64,000 bases of DNA, taken from assembly GCA_964234715.1 (NCBI GenBank), contig OZ174280.1, one strand, 5' to 3'. Position numbers and translations under genes: made by a program. This document shows positions 48,345 to 61,943 of this stretch, piece by piece; within the stretch, counting starts at the first letter, position 1, and each line of letters opens with the position of its first letter. Under the pieces are notes generated by a model, which made no database searches, was not told where the DNA came from, and saw nothing but the letters and a program-made list of their open reading frames with translations. The stretch comes from Podarcis melisellensis (lineage: Eukaryota).

Positions 48345-50472
48345 CATGGTTGGCAGTTGAGATGAGATCATGCCTGACGACCCTGTCTGTGAACATCATC
48401 TGATATTTTGTACAGAACCTATGCATTGCACACACACATCCCTAGTTTCAACAGTCTTGATCAGAAGTGTTCTCTTTGAGTGGGTGCCCCCTGAGATAGG
48501 TTCAAGGTTTGTTTCCTACATGTGGCAATCTCAGTATCAAGAGCCATCTTTACTTTCAGCAGGTCTTGGTACTTTCTCAGTTGGCAAGTATATTGGTTCT
48601 AAGCTTTGTATTTTAGCACGGTACATATTGCAAGAAAACATATACTTTTTGTATTTATAGATTGTGAGTAAGTATAGGCTGTCACAGATATTCAGAACAA
48701 CATATGGAGGTAGGGCAAAGAACCAGCAGACAAGATGCTCATTCTCCCTCACGTTTGTTATCTATGGAAGTGAGTTGAATGATAAAGGCTGCTGTTTTCT
48801 ACTGGTACAGAAGGAATATGAACAATATGTAGTGGTTGGCGCAGTAGGCCTGTGGTTCTAGTAAGCTTTTTCCTGCAGATAATCAATTGACTACTTTCTT
48901 TTACAAGAGTTGCAAGATGTTCCTTTTCTTGCTCAGTCCTTTTCTAGCACATTAAATCCTGGATTATTAGCAAAGTGATAAAGTTGCCATCTGCAAAAAG
49001 TACATGGCATTTGATCTCTTTCTTTCTGGTTCTTAAATGGTTTCTTTTCTCCCCCCTCAACAAAACACACCAAATTATAGATAGGAAACAGGAAAAGCCA
49101 CATGCTTCCTAACAACCATACTGTCAAGAGCAGCAATCAGCTTGTCTCCAACTACAAATGTTAAAAGAAATCTACCACATACTTTGCAAATAGTATCTGC
49201 CCTTTTTTCTATAGGCAGAGTGTGTGTAACAACTCACATATAAAAAGAAACAAGAAGAAAGTGAAACAAAATAGCCTTTATTTGCTGCAATAAAGGACTC
49301 AACTAAAAGGAAATGCTACAGCCTATGAGAGACGGAGGCAAAGCAAGGTGCAGACTTCAGGACTGTGTGCATACTGTTAGTCTCAGATAGATTGTACTGT
49401 TGGTATAGACCCCATAATGTCAAGCAGGCTAGAGTTGTACAGGAGGAAAAAGTAGTAGCCTAGATAAATGCTGGGCCTATGCTAGACCTATGAAAGTTTA
49501 GGGTATTTCTAAGTGGCTAGCATATGCTCTTCTTTATGAATTCAGGTCACTATTAAATCACTGCAAAAACAATCTGTAAGGGGATATAAAGGCAGTGATT
49601 AAAGTTAGCATTCTCAATCGCATTTTCTGACAAATCCTAGTTTGATCCCTGCAGTGTGTATATAGCCATACTTCCTAAAACAATGTCTCATGGGCTAAAA
49701 GACTCCTCCGGTCTCTGCTGCAACTCTGTGGCAAGAAATACATACAACTCATAACTATTCACTCTTATTAAATGTTACCTATGCCCTTCCTAGACATTAA
49801 TGAGTTCCCTTTGCAAAGGCAGGATAACACCAGTTTTTAAGCTCATTCCCTATAACTAGATTCCCTCTTGAATCCCAAATTTCCTCAGCTTCTTGGGACA
49901 CATCTAGAAGGCTGTTTCATGCTTCTCCTTTCAGACAATAACCCTATGAATTGTCATTGTAGCAGGCTTCTCTCTTTTCTCTAGTTTTATCTTGTATCCC
50001 ACCTTAACTCTGATCCCTGTCCCCTCTATCTGCTCTGTATTTGTTACCAATTTCCCTTGAGATTGGACAGAACACCTTGCAGAAAGTACAGCCTTGTGAA
50101 CCTTATTGGAAGGTTCCATGGCATCCAGGTTGGAGTCAAACAGCTAGACAAGGCCTGAACCTTATAGACACATGGTGGAGATAACAGAGGCCCAATTGAC
50201 CTTCAAAACTCATGGACAGGTAGCACAGAAGTGAGGAAATGGTCTCTTTCTCTGTTCTACCAGAGTTTTTACATAGGAGAACATTAAAAAATGTGACTGG
50301 CCACCTGCAGTTTACAACACCATTTCCATGCATGTATTGACCAGACCTTACTGTCAACCCTCCCCAAGTTACAGAAAGAAGAGACTGTTGAAGGAATCTA
50401 GACAAAAACATTAGGAAGCCAGAGCCACTTACCTTTTCATTGTTTATATTTGCTAGCTATCATATATCTCTT

Positions 50473-50823
50473 GGGACGTGGGTGGTGCTGTGAGTTAAAC
50501 CACAGAGCCTAGGACTAGCCTAGGTCAGCTGTTCGACTCCCCGTGACGGGGTGAGCTCCCGTTGCTCGGTCCCTGCTCCTGCCAACCTAGCAATTTGAAA
50601 GCACATCAAAGTGCAAGTAGATAAATAGGTACCACTCCAGTAGGAAGGTAAATGGTGTTTCAGTGCACTACTCTGGTTCGCCAGAAGTGGCTTTGTCATG
50701 CTGGCCACATGACCTGGGAGCTGTACGGTGGCTCCCTCGGCCAATAAAGTGAGATGAGCGCCGCAACCCTAGAGTCGGCCATGACTGGACCTAATGGTCA
50801 GGGGTCCCTTTACCTTTATCTTT
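50473..50823 (+). mobile_element. Sauria SINE (Squam1), near full length
   Basis: GGGACGTGGGTGGTGCTGTG head, GGGGTCCCTTTACCTTT tail and 11-bp TSD ATATATCTCTT (50462-50472 and 50824-50834). Confidence 0.95.
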
Positions 50824-51485
50824 ATATATCTCTTAGTGGCTGTTCATCCCTGTTTCTTTTCTCTTTTGTGTACTTGCTTTTTTTTTAGTACATTTATATT
50901 CTGCCTTTCTTCCATTTTGGAACTCCTTCCTCTCCCAGTCCCTGTTGCTTTGTTTTCAGAGACTGCAAGGTGGTTTGAAAATGCGGTTGAAGCTCAGGAC
51001 ATTTATACTCAATTTTATTTCACCTCTGAAAAACAGGTTTTTCAGGATTTTTGCATTGCTTCAAAAACCCACAGCAACATTTGAGCTGATGGGATGGGGG
51101 GAGCAAAAGAAATGGGTCTGTGCCCTGTGGAAAGTGCTGTCCCTCTCACATTGCTTTCAGTTATCTTTAAAATATTTGTCTCTCTCTAGCCATGATGAAC
51201 TCCATTATATGGAAGAAGCCCTCATATATAAAACTTCATGTGTTAAGGGGGATATCTCATAATCACAGGTATCTTTTAGTTGTTTGAAATGTTGTGAGAC
51301 AATGCAGGCACATGAGAGGAGAGGCAGAAATATTTTAAATAAGTAACTCAATCATTCCTGGTGGCTGGAAAAGATGCTGTGATGACTGCAGGAAGCATTG
51401 CACAGGGATTCACATGCAACAATAAACCCTTCCTGAATTGAGTTACTTCAAAATGATGGGGTGGATGAATCAAATGATTTCTCGG

Positions 51486-51515
51486 ATTATTATTATTATT
51501 ATTATTATTATTATT
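51486..51515. repeat. (ATT)n microsatellite
   Basis: About 10 units. Confidence 0.95.
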
Positions 51516-52599
51516 TAAAAAAAGCTTCCTCCTTGGATAGGGAGTATTGACATTGGGAAACATTGAAGCACACCATCTCCCACATGAATTCTGAAGGGAT
51601 ACTGTCCCCAAAGGAGTGTTCTCCATGGATTTTGAGAACGCTAAATGAGTATTATGGATTTGAATACAATGTGCTGTGCAGTCTTTTTTATTTTTCCCCA
51701 TTCTCCAACGCAGCCAAAAGGTGGGTGGCAAGTTGTACTTGAATCCCAGAGGCACTGGTTAAATTTCCCACTCGAGCCTCTGTTTGAGATGAACCTTCCT
51801 CTGCCTGTGAGTGTTGATCAGGTGGACTCAGTCAACAGAATCCTATGCACACTTCCTTGGAATAAGTCACATTGAACACAGTGGCACTTGGTTCTAAACA
51901 AATATACTTAACATTGAGCTGCACAAATAATTCAATCGCTGGTCATTCCTCCCAGAAGGCTGATCGTTATCATTTTTTAATTGCATAGTACTACTTCTAG
52001 TGGGAATGCATTCAACGAGACAAGGCATTTGTTGATCTCCACTTTCTTGGTCTCCATGAAGAAGACCTTGGAGCATAACACCTTGAGCTCAGAAGTATCA
52101 GCTGGAAACAGTTTTCAGTTTAGAGAGCTGTAAAGCTGAATGACCTAAGCAAACAACTAATTGGCTATTCTAGAGAAGCTGCCAAAAAGGAAAGGACCTA
52201 CTGCTGACTCATATGCTGTACTGGTGCTGAAGTCCTCAACACTCAAAGCTGGGTAGGAACACATACATCTTTAAAATGATGACTTGTCATAAATGCTTGA
52301 ACCCTGAGATATCTCACTGGGAATTTAGCCAGAGATTCCATTAATGGATTACAGTCCTGCATGTCATAACAGCCTCCATAGAGATTATTTATTTATTCAT
52401 TTATTGCTTATGGTGACAGGTGGTATTTTACACCCCTCCCCCAAATAAATAAAATAAAAGGGACCAAGTAATACCCTTCCCCATCTATATACATTTGGTG
52501 CCAGCCTGGGGCACTGCCATGCATTTTGATGGCAAACAAACAAACATACCATCGAAGGTCAAACGAATGACTTTTCTCTCTTTGGCGATTAGGAAGTCA

Positions 52600-52930
52600 A
52601 ATAACATCTAATGTGATAGGAAATATTCTGCCCTCTCAAAGTGGCTCTTGATTGCAGAGCAATTTACACAGCTGGGAAGGCCCACAGGTGGCCAGAAGTG
52701 TGATAGGCAGGTGGTCGCCTATTAGAGAGGAAAGTAATATGCAACAGATAGCAGATCTCGCAGGGATGTGATTTTGCCGGCTATTAGCACCGGTGACCAT
52801 GGATAGCAGGTGGCCGTAGGCTCAGGTTTGGCTGTAATGCAGATGCCTCATTATTAAATATTAACTACCTAATTATCTCAAGCAACAGTGTGATAACTAT
52901 CTTCTGGAAAAGGCAGAGATAGGCGACCTT
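52600..52930. promoter_or_regulatory. Candidate enhancer with clustered GATA sites and E-boxes
   Basis: At least 7 GATA/TATC cores and 5 CAGNTG E-boxes in 330 bp of non-repetitive, CpG-retaining sequence. Confidence 0.5.
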
Positions 52931-53342
52931 TAGATTTTATACATGCAAGGAGCTTCTGAAGACACCTCCACGGGAAAACTTGAGGAGAAACTCCCATAGA
53001 ACTCAAGATTCCTTGAGTCGAATGGAATTTGAAGGCCAGAAATGGTATCCTCAGGGATGGGGGCAGGAGAAGGAATGGGATAAAATTTTGGCTCTCAGTT
53101 TTCCGCAGAATCAGTTATCACTGGGATTAATTCCCATAGAGGCATTTCCACTAGAAAGAAATGGATCTGAGAGGAAATGTGGGAAACTTTGTGCTTCAGC
53201 TATAATATAGCAAGAGGGGCTCCTGGGTCTCTTCATTTCCCTTATTACTGTAGAACAATGAGTTTCAGCCCCTCCCTGTCAACTGCTATAGGACACTTGC
53301 TCTTTCTTCTGCAGCATGTTTTAGCATGCACAGTTTTGTTGA

Positions 53343-53770
53343 TAGGAATGGGGCAGAAATTTGATTCAGTTCTTATTTGGAGACAAACTTGCCTAATCTA
53401 CACTTTCTGAAACTATACTCAAACCAAAACACAGGCATCCTTCAAAATTCACACTTCTCTGGGTTTTGCAATGTAGTTCTCCAGCCAAGTGATATATATG
53501 AAACAAAAAACACCCACATGTCCTGAGGTAGTGTGTGCATCAAAATGTATACCTTAGTGAAAATAATGTACAAAAATATGTTGCATTGGGGAACAATGTA
53601 ATGTGTGTATTCGGATAAATTCTCACTAACATGCTGATGAAGATTATGAGAGGTTTTTGTAAGAAAAAAAAGAAAGAAATGCGAAGTGATGTGGAAGTGT
53701 TGAAAACTGACATTCAGGTTGGAAAAATGAAAAACAGAGAAACCAAAATGGATAGATTTGCCCATCCTTA
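53343..53770 (+). mobile_element. Non-autonomous hAT (Ac-type TAGGGATG TIR) element
   Basis: Ends TAGGAATGGGG and GCCCATCCTTA. Homologous to 6917-7260. Confidence 0.65.
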
Positions 53771-55070
53771 TACAGGACCCTGCATAGCCCACATGAACTA
53801 GGTGCACAATTTAGAAGACACCCAACTCTCCTGTGGCTGCACATGGCAGGCAGATGATAGTGGTGGCAGGAGCTCATCTTTCATGGAGGCTTTTTTTGGT
53901 CGTTTATTGATCTTCTCAGTGAGGTACACACGAAAAGCTTCTGAAAAGGGAGTCGGGAAAATAAGTTATCAAAGATGAGAAACTAAAGAGAGGGATTTTT
54001 TTCTTTTTGTGTATTCTCTGTGCTTGTGTATTTTCTTTTTGTGTATTCTCTGTGCTTCTTTGTGTGTATTTTTTTTCTTTTGTTTTCTTTCTTTTTTATG
54101 TATGCTGTTATTTTTCTTAAAAAAAAAACCCTTAATGAAATATTATTTTAAAAAAAGAAGAAGAAAAGCTTCTGAAGAATCCCAGTATTTCCCAGCACAT
54201 TCACGGTTTGGAAATACAGCAATAGAAACAAAGAAAAAGGAAATGTGCATCTCTTCTATTCCTTCTTTTGCCACTTTTCTGTCAGTTTGAATGGACTCTT
54301 ATTATAGAGACAGAATTCCTTGGTACCTTGCCCTATGATGGGCCAAGGGTTTATTTGGAAGGATATAAGGGCCCAGATGGAATAACTGATGGAGAAATGA
54401 GCTTATGAAAATTGGATGCCATGAAAAATCCGCCTTCCAGAAACCCCCTGCCTCACTTTGTTAAGCAAAGGAACATGGGGAGGGGCCTCCTACGAAGATC
54501 TTCCAATCAAGGTCTTCCTTGCTCCATAACATTTTGACAGATAAGGAATAGCAGATTGTATCGTTTAATGTAACAAACCAGAGGGGAAGCTGAAGGAAGT
54601 CAATGGGAAGGGTGGGGAATGTAGAATGTATGTTTGGAAATGATTTTGATATTTGTTGTTAGAAAAGAAAACTAATAAAATCATATACAAAAAATAACAA
54701 CACTCTTCCTTGCTCCTCTCATAGCCCTCCTTGTTGATGTTGCTTAGATCTTCCCTCCAACTGGCTGATTTTCTACTGTTCACTCTTCACACTGAACAAC
54801 TGGCATATTTAACTCTCATTTCACTCAGCCACTCCTATTTCACTCTACCTCGCCTCTGAACAGAGAGCTTGGAGAGCTAGTGTGGCACAAATCACACTCC
54901 CATGGAATAAATAAGCACTTGTTCTGGATAGGCTTTCCAAGGATTGTACTGGCAGAACTAATTTCTGTTAACTGCTGCATTGTCAGTCTACTGTTTCAGC
55001 CCATTTCAGCCCATTCTACATTTGGTGTATTCGTTTAACTTGGTTTTTTTTTCTGTAAACCATTATAAAT

Positions 55071-55395
55071 AGAAGAAGAAGAAGAAGAAGAAGAAGAAGA
55101 AGAAGAAGAAGAAGAAGAAGAAGAAGAAGAAGAAGAGTAGTAGTAGTAGTAGTAGTAGTTTGGATTTGATATCCTGCTTTATCACTACCCGAAGGAGTCT
55201 CAAAGCAGCTAACATTCTCCTTTCCCTTCCTCCCCCACAACAAACACTCTGTGAGGTGAGTGGGGCTGAGAGACTTTGAAGAAGTGTGACTGGCCCAAGG
55301 TCACCCAGCAGCTGCATGTGGAGGAGCGGAGACGTGAACCCGGTTCCCCAGATTACGAGACTACCGCTCTTAACCACTACACCACACTGGCTCTC
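55071..55395 (-). mobile_element. Squam3-like CORE-SINE, young, with an expanded (CTA)n(CTT)n tail
   Basis: Full head GGAGAGCCAGTGTGGTGTAGTGG, several CpGs intact, and a compound trinucleotide tail at 55071-55158. Confidence 0.95.
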
Positions 55396-56281
55396 CAGTA
55401 GAAAAGTTATTAAGTAAGCAATAAGACAGAGAAAACACTTCGATTTAAAATGTTGTAACATATGAATCAGCCCTTTATCACCTAATACAACCATTGTCAA
55501 ATTCATTCCAAGTGGCACAGCTTGCAGGTCGGAGTATGAAGGTGGTAATGGGCTATACATATACGAATACTACTTAGAGTCCTCTGAATTTCTCAACAGA
55601 TCAGATACTCTCACTGAGTAGAAGACTTCCATCTAATCTCAGAAAGTTTTGCCCACAACCATCAGGTATGTAGCTGATCTTCTTGGCTGCTTGGCTATGG
55701 ACAGGTGGCTAAGATGTATTAATTATTGAAATGTTTATTTCCTTTTTTACAGATGCAATAAATGAATCATGTTTTTCAAATAAAGCAATAGGTTAAAAAA
55801 TGAGAATTCAGATGCTCCAGCACTTGTGCATTTCTGGAAGTTCTGTTCACAGACATAGAGCTTCAAATAGGCCAAAATTTTATTCGTTTATTAGATTTGC
55901 ATCCTACTTCATGATCAGAGAACCAAAGCAATCAATGAGTCACAAAAGGCAATATGTTCTTACATGGTGTGATGGTGGTCGGAACTTCTCATACAAAGAA
56001 AAAGTTTAGCTCTTCTGAACATGGTAGAGAACAATGGAAGAGACAACTCTGGGGTGATCCAGGTGTATTTGTCTGCTTGTCTTACTAAAAGTAAACTGCT
56101 AAAGGTCTTACACAGCTACTGAGGTGGGAGAGACAACAGTTCACCTGATCCATCAACATGCATTTGAGGGATGCTTGTGAATGCTTGAAGTGCCTCTATC
56201 CTCTTTAACATTAGGGGATTCTTTGGGTGTAAGTGGAATACACAGAACTTTCCCCACTTTCGAATAGGATGGACTATCACA

Positions 56282-56457
56282 GGGAAGGGTCATAGCTCAG
56301 AGATAGAGGATACTGGAAGTCTTAGGTTTACTCTCTAGAATCTCAAGGTAGGGTTGGGGAAGACTCCTGCCTGAAAGAGCTATTACCAGTCAGTTCCAAA
56401 AGTACTGAGCTGGCTGGATCAATGGTCTGAATCAACATGTCAGCTTCCTATGTTCCT
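56282..56457 (+). mobile_element. Squam2-like SINE
   Basis: GGGAAGGGTCATAGCTCAG head and CAATGGTCTGA...CAGCTTCCTATGTTCCT tail. Confidence 0.8.
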
Positions 56458-57021
56458 GTACCCTGGTTGCAATGAGCCATGCGGGACTTTTGATTCCATC
56501 AGAGAGCAGTCACCTCTCACTGTTCCAGCCTTACAATTATTTTCCCCATCCCACTTTTTTATATCCTTTCATGCTATGGAATTTTTACATATTGTACTGA
56601 CTAGACAAATCTCTCCGCTGCTCAGCCTTCAGAGGTGCTTTCTTATCTTAGAAGGCAGTATCATATAGCATCTTTGCATAATTCAGGAATGTATGACAAA
56701 GATATAACACAAGTGTGTGGACGAGACTACTAAATAAAGGCTAACAAGCCATCTGCTTCACGACACGTGCTTTCATAAATGTCATGAAACTTTATGCTTC
56801 CATAAAACAGTGCAATACTGGGAGGGGGAAAACTCCTCTTCCATTATTTCACTGCAAAGGGCAAATGCTCTTTTTTGCTTCTTGTCAAGGCTTAAATCCA
56901 GAGACACCAAGAAAAATAAACACAGAAAGAAAAAAATATTGCAAGGGTGCAAAACCCACAGGAGTGACAATGATTTGATCCTCATGACTAGGAGCATCAT
57001 CATTTCAAACAATGCTTCCCA

Positions 57022-57543
57022 TGTGGGAATTGCAGGGAAGAAGGCTCAGAGCCCAGGGAGTGGTGGTGGGGCAAGAATCAGAGGGAGAAGACTGGGAAGA
57101 AGAGGTGTTGGAAGCTGAAGAGGTTAACAGGGCTTAGTGAGCTAGGAGAGTCTGCGGCAGAGAGAATCCTAGAATCAGAGGCAGAAGCTAAAGCAGGAGG
57201 GTGGGAGGAGGGAGGCCAAGAGGCAGAGGTGAGCGAGGCTAGTGAAGAGTCACTAGTGTCTCCCCCTCCTGCTGTGAAAAGCTCCCCTCCCCTCCTTGTC
57301 CCTCAGAAACAGAAAAGGCATGAAAAGGGTGGACACCATTTCTGATTGCTTGGGGAAAGCTCTGGAGAGGAGGGGACTTAGATGGCTGTGAGGAGGCAGG
57401 GACTTTCATGGAGTAAGACCACTGGAAATGATCTTCTCTGCTCCTTAGGTCTGACACTCAACCAAGTCTGTGGAGATTGTGGTTTTGCTAATAAAGAGTT
57501 AACTTTGAACTGTGTGATTACTGACCGGCATACTTCTGTGACA
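57022..57543 (+). mobile_element. Probable solo LTR (Gypsy-like)
   Basis: TG...TGACA termini, purine-rich U3-like body and AATAAA at 57490. The TSD is imperfect. Confidence 0.55.
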
Positions 57544-58184
57544 CCTCCCCATCACTGCCATAAAGCCACCAGAAGGGAATGTGGTCCTCTGGAAAATGTT
57601 CCCCAGCCCTGATCTTCAGGCATTTGATCACTTGTTTTGCAATGTTAATTAATTATACTACTATTGTATATTATCTTACTGCTTGTTTTGCAAATCAGAA
57701 GGCAGAGCTCCTGAATAAGTGGAAGCGGTGGGTGTGATAGGCATGTCATACTCATATGAGAAATCCTATGGCTTCACTGTTATCAAAATTTGATAGACTA
57801 CAGTGAGGGTTGATGAGATCCTGAAGCATTTGTCTTTTAACTTTCCCATTTCTGTGGTCTTGAGCACTGTTAGTAGGCAACACTATTATCAAATGACAAT
57901 GTTTGCAGAGATATCCAGTTTAATTCACAGAATGGTAGCACAGCCTGAACGCCTTACTCTTTTAAAGGCAAATCATATACAGAACCTTCCAATTTCACAC
58001 TAAATGATGAGATAGTATTTGAACAGAGATTTAAGGTGGAGCAGAAAAGTACTTACACTCACAGATACACAAAGCACTTGCATCAATACCTTGCCTTGCA
58101 TTCCTTTCCAAAGGCCCGTATGATCAACTCAATGGGCCTGTTTTCACGAACACAGGAAGCAATGCTAAAAGAAAGTGCCTCTGG

Positions 58185-58625
58185 ACACAGGCAGGGTGCT
58201 TCCCCCCTCTATTCTGTCTTGGTAAGACCCCACCTGGCATACTGTATCCAGTTCTGGGCACCACAGTTTAAGAAGGTTACAGACAAGCTGGAACATTTGC
58301 AGAGGAGGAGCAAAGGTTGAGGGAGTTGGGTATGTTTAGCCTGGAGAAGAGAGGACTGAGAAGTGAGATAGTGGTTATCTTCAAATATCTAAAAGGTTGT
58401 CACATGGAAGATGGAGCAAGCTTGTTTCCATTGCTCTGGTGGATATGACCTGAACTAATGGATCCAAATTACAAGAAAGGAGATTCCTACTAAACATCAG
58501 GAAGAACTGTCTAACAGTAAGAGCTGTTGGACAGTAGAACAAACTACCTTGGAAGGTGGTGGTCTCTCCTTCCTTAGAGGTTTTTAAAAAGAGGTTAGAT
58601 GGCCATCTGTCAGAGAGTCTTTAAC
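58185..58625 (+). mobile_element. CR1 LINE 3' fragment
   Basis: [35 protein letters not shown] and ELGMFSLEKRGLR are the CR1 ORF2 C-terminal signature. Confidence 0.93.
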
Positions 58626-59710
58626 TCTCTTGACTGTACCACACTCACTCCCCTGAGACAGGATAAGGAAGCTGTGCTTAGCGGTGGAACGATGCGCCTC
58701 TGTTTGCTTTTGAGGAAAAGGTTGTTGAGGAGATATTATAGGAGGGCAAAACTCTAAAGCTGTTTGGAATTGATAGGTAATGAATGGCTTCTCTTGGTAC
58801 CATTTTTATAGGGGCAAATGAGAGTGATTCTGTCTTCTGAAGTATTACCTCTCCCAGTTCTGTCTCATCTGCAGATTTAATGAGCAGCCCCTCTACGTGC
58901 CAAAGTCATTTTTTTGCCATGTTTTGGGACCTTCTACCAGGCTTCACTGCTAAGAATACCACCAATGAGCTTTCCCCTTCCCATCTGGTGGTCAGAAGGG
59001 GGGTCTGCACTGATGGAGTGATGCAACTGTCACTTCATTGCTGATGGTTCTTGCAAGGCTAGTTGAACTGGCAGATGCCATCTATACTCAATACAATATC
59101 CCCACAGTCTGGCATAAGAAGGGGGTTGGATTGTAGCCTAAAGTAGCTCAGGCAGAGGACCACAAATTGTGGCTCACATAGCTATCAACCATCCTTTTAC
59201 ACTAATACAGTTTGACCCCGATATTGCATAAATATATTTATTTTTCAACACAGTTACTGAAATGGATGACATCAGGCTTTGTGTAAGTTGATGAACACAT
59301 TTATAGAAAATAAATGCCATATAGCTAGGTTTCTGGCTGACTTTTAGTCGTGTCCCCTGCTGCCCATTTGAACCATTAGGTCACCCAGATTCTCGACTTT
59401 CATTGAGGAAAAGAAAGAGCAAGTCAAGCTCTTATAGAACCAGAGATGCAAGGCAAAAAAACAATGACCAGGCAGTTTTTTGGCCCACTCAATTTCTGAT
59501 AAGCCACCCTGTTCCTATTGTCCTTTGCTCTTAGCCAATCTAACAAGACAACCCATTATTATTAGGATCACCATGCAATATATTATAATGAACAAAACAT
59601 GACACCATATTCATAAAATCTCAACTCTTCTGTGCACATTGTTCATGATGTCAGGAGTGCCTTTTGAATGAATGCACAGTAAACTATCACGGCCCTCAGT
59701 CATTGCATAT

Positions 59711-59843
59711 NNNNNNNNNNNNNNNNNNNNNNNNNNNNNNNNNNNNNNNNNNNNNNNNNNNNNNNNNNNNNNNNNNNNNNNNNNNNNNNNNNNNNNNNNN
59801 NNNNNNNNNNNNNNNNNNNNNNNNNNNNNNNNNNNNNNNNNNN
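59711..59843. other. Assembly gap
   Basis: Run of N. Confidence 1.
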
Positions 59844-61943
59844 TGATACTCGGCATATGTCATGTTGGGAAACGTCTCTTGGGTGTTAGGGTGTGCCTCT
59901 GTGCTCAGATCCCCAGCACCTAAGGCTCAGTGCACTGAATCAGCAATAATGAGTGAAACTATTGGAACTCATTAAGAACTTCCTAATCAGTCTGTTAATT
60001 GAGGCTATCAGCTTCCCATTATACCGAGACAAATTAAGCAGGTTAAAATGGTTCTCAAAAAACATCTGCTGAAGCAAGTCAAAATTAATGATAAATAAAA
60101 TTGAGTTCCCTTTGTGGTTGGTTTCCCCACCCCACCCCATCTGCACCTATAAAAATGCTATCAAGAGAAATCATTCGTTACCTGTCAGTTCCAAAAAGCC
60201 TTAGAGTTTTGCCCTCCTAAAATATCCCCTCAATAACCTATCTGTCAATGGCAAACACAAGTGTGTTGTTCGACCACTAAGCACAGCTTCTTCTTCCTGC
60301 CTCAAGGGAACCAGTGTGGTGCGGTCAACAGAGATGGGTTTGAATTCCTGCTCACAGTCACAATGCACTTTGCCCAGCCATTTTCTCTAAACCCCACCTA
60401 TCTCATAGGGATAGCCCCACCTCTACCCCATGTGCCACCCTAATCATACATTTGAAAGGGAACGGCAGGCGTAGCTAATTCAGTCACAATTTTCTTTCCC
60501 AATAGTGAGAAAGTGAATTTATTATTTCCAGTTATTATTTCCATGTATCAACTGCTTACTATTTGAAAAATTTCAAAATGGTTTACAATAGATAAATACA
60601 TAAGGAGAGGGAGAATCAAAGAGCACTGAAGGGCAAAATAATATAAAACGTTGATATACATTCCGTCACTCACTACCCATTTCACCCACCCAACATTCAC
60701 TACCTTAAATATTACGTCTACCAACCACTCATACATAAGCCACTCAACAAAGGGCCACTGCCACACATGAACATATATGATACTTTCCTAATCTCTGAAG
60801 GACTAATGAACTCATGCCCCACACCCATTGAATTACATAATGCTCCTCCCCCATTTCTCACCTGAAAGGAGACCATACCAGGATCTTACCCTGGAGGGAA
60901 TAGAACTACTTTCATCTGCTAACTTCCAACTATATAATCATAACATGCATAATAAATGAACCATGAACAATTAGCACTGGTAGAAATGAACCCTAAGACT
61001 AATTAAGGGAGCCTATGAAGTGCCTCACACTGAGGTGCGTTGTTTTCTGTAGTCCAAACTGAATCTAGTTGTCAGTGCACACCCTAAATCCAACCCATAT
61101 TGTCACTGATAAATGGAAATGGTATTTGGCTTTCTTTCTTTTTTATAGAAAAGGTGTGGCATTTTTCATCTGGGATGTGACTCCACAGAATTTCTTGAAT
61201 ATCATGTGCTGTATTAGATGGAATAAAATCATAAATTGATATTTTGAAGAGAGAGAAGCTTCTTCATAAATGCCCAATTGTGACTGAGCTTCCTGTAAGT
61301 GGATTTCATTCTCAGTCAGCTTCGAACAGCAAAATGCCTGACAGAATTCTGCAGATGTTTCAACCATCTTGAGATAACCAGCATGGCCATTGCTGTTGAG
61401 ACTGTATCAAGCAACAGGTACATTGGGTTTTTCACCAGCTCACCAGTAGCAGGCAGATTTCTTTTCTGAAATAAATGTTTTGAAGGGAGGAATCCCACCC
61501 ACCCCTTCCTCTCAAATTAGATGTACAGAGCAAACAGGAGCAATCTTCTTCTTCAACTGCTCTCATCCATGCCATAGCACTGATGTGGAAATTACAAGAA
61601 CAAAATGTACTATATCAACTGGGAAGATTTCCAGATTCATTTTGAAGCGAGATAAGTTCAGCGCAGCATGGCTGAACAACATACCTCTCTGTCACTTTGC
61701 CACCAGCCTCACCAGATGGAGCATGGAGGACACTTGGTTTGCTGGATGGTGTGCAGGTGAGATAATAATGATTTTCTGCCCACAGCCAACTATCATCAGC
61801 TTTCTAGGTAAATGAGAGAGTGTCGCTGACACTGATAGACATGTCATGGTGGAGCTGTTTCCCTCTTTAGAACTGCTGCAGATTGTTTTGCCTGCATTAT
61901 CTCGTTGATGACAAATGGCCCAGAGAATTTGGCTGCTCCACAG

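Noticed and set aside
61120-61480. Strong acceptor TTTCTTTCTTTTTTATAG and nearby short ORFs
   Set aside because: All three frames stop within about 30 codons and there is no homology I can recognise.
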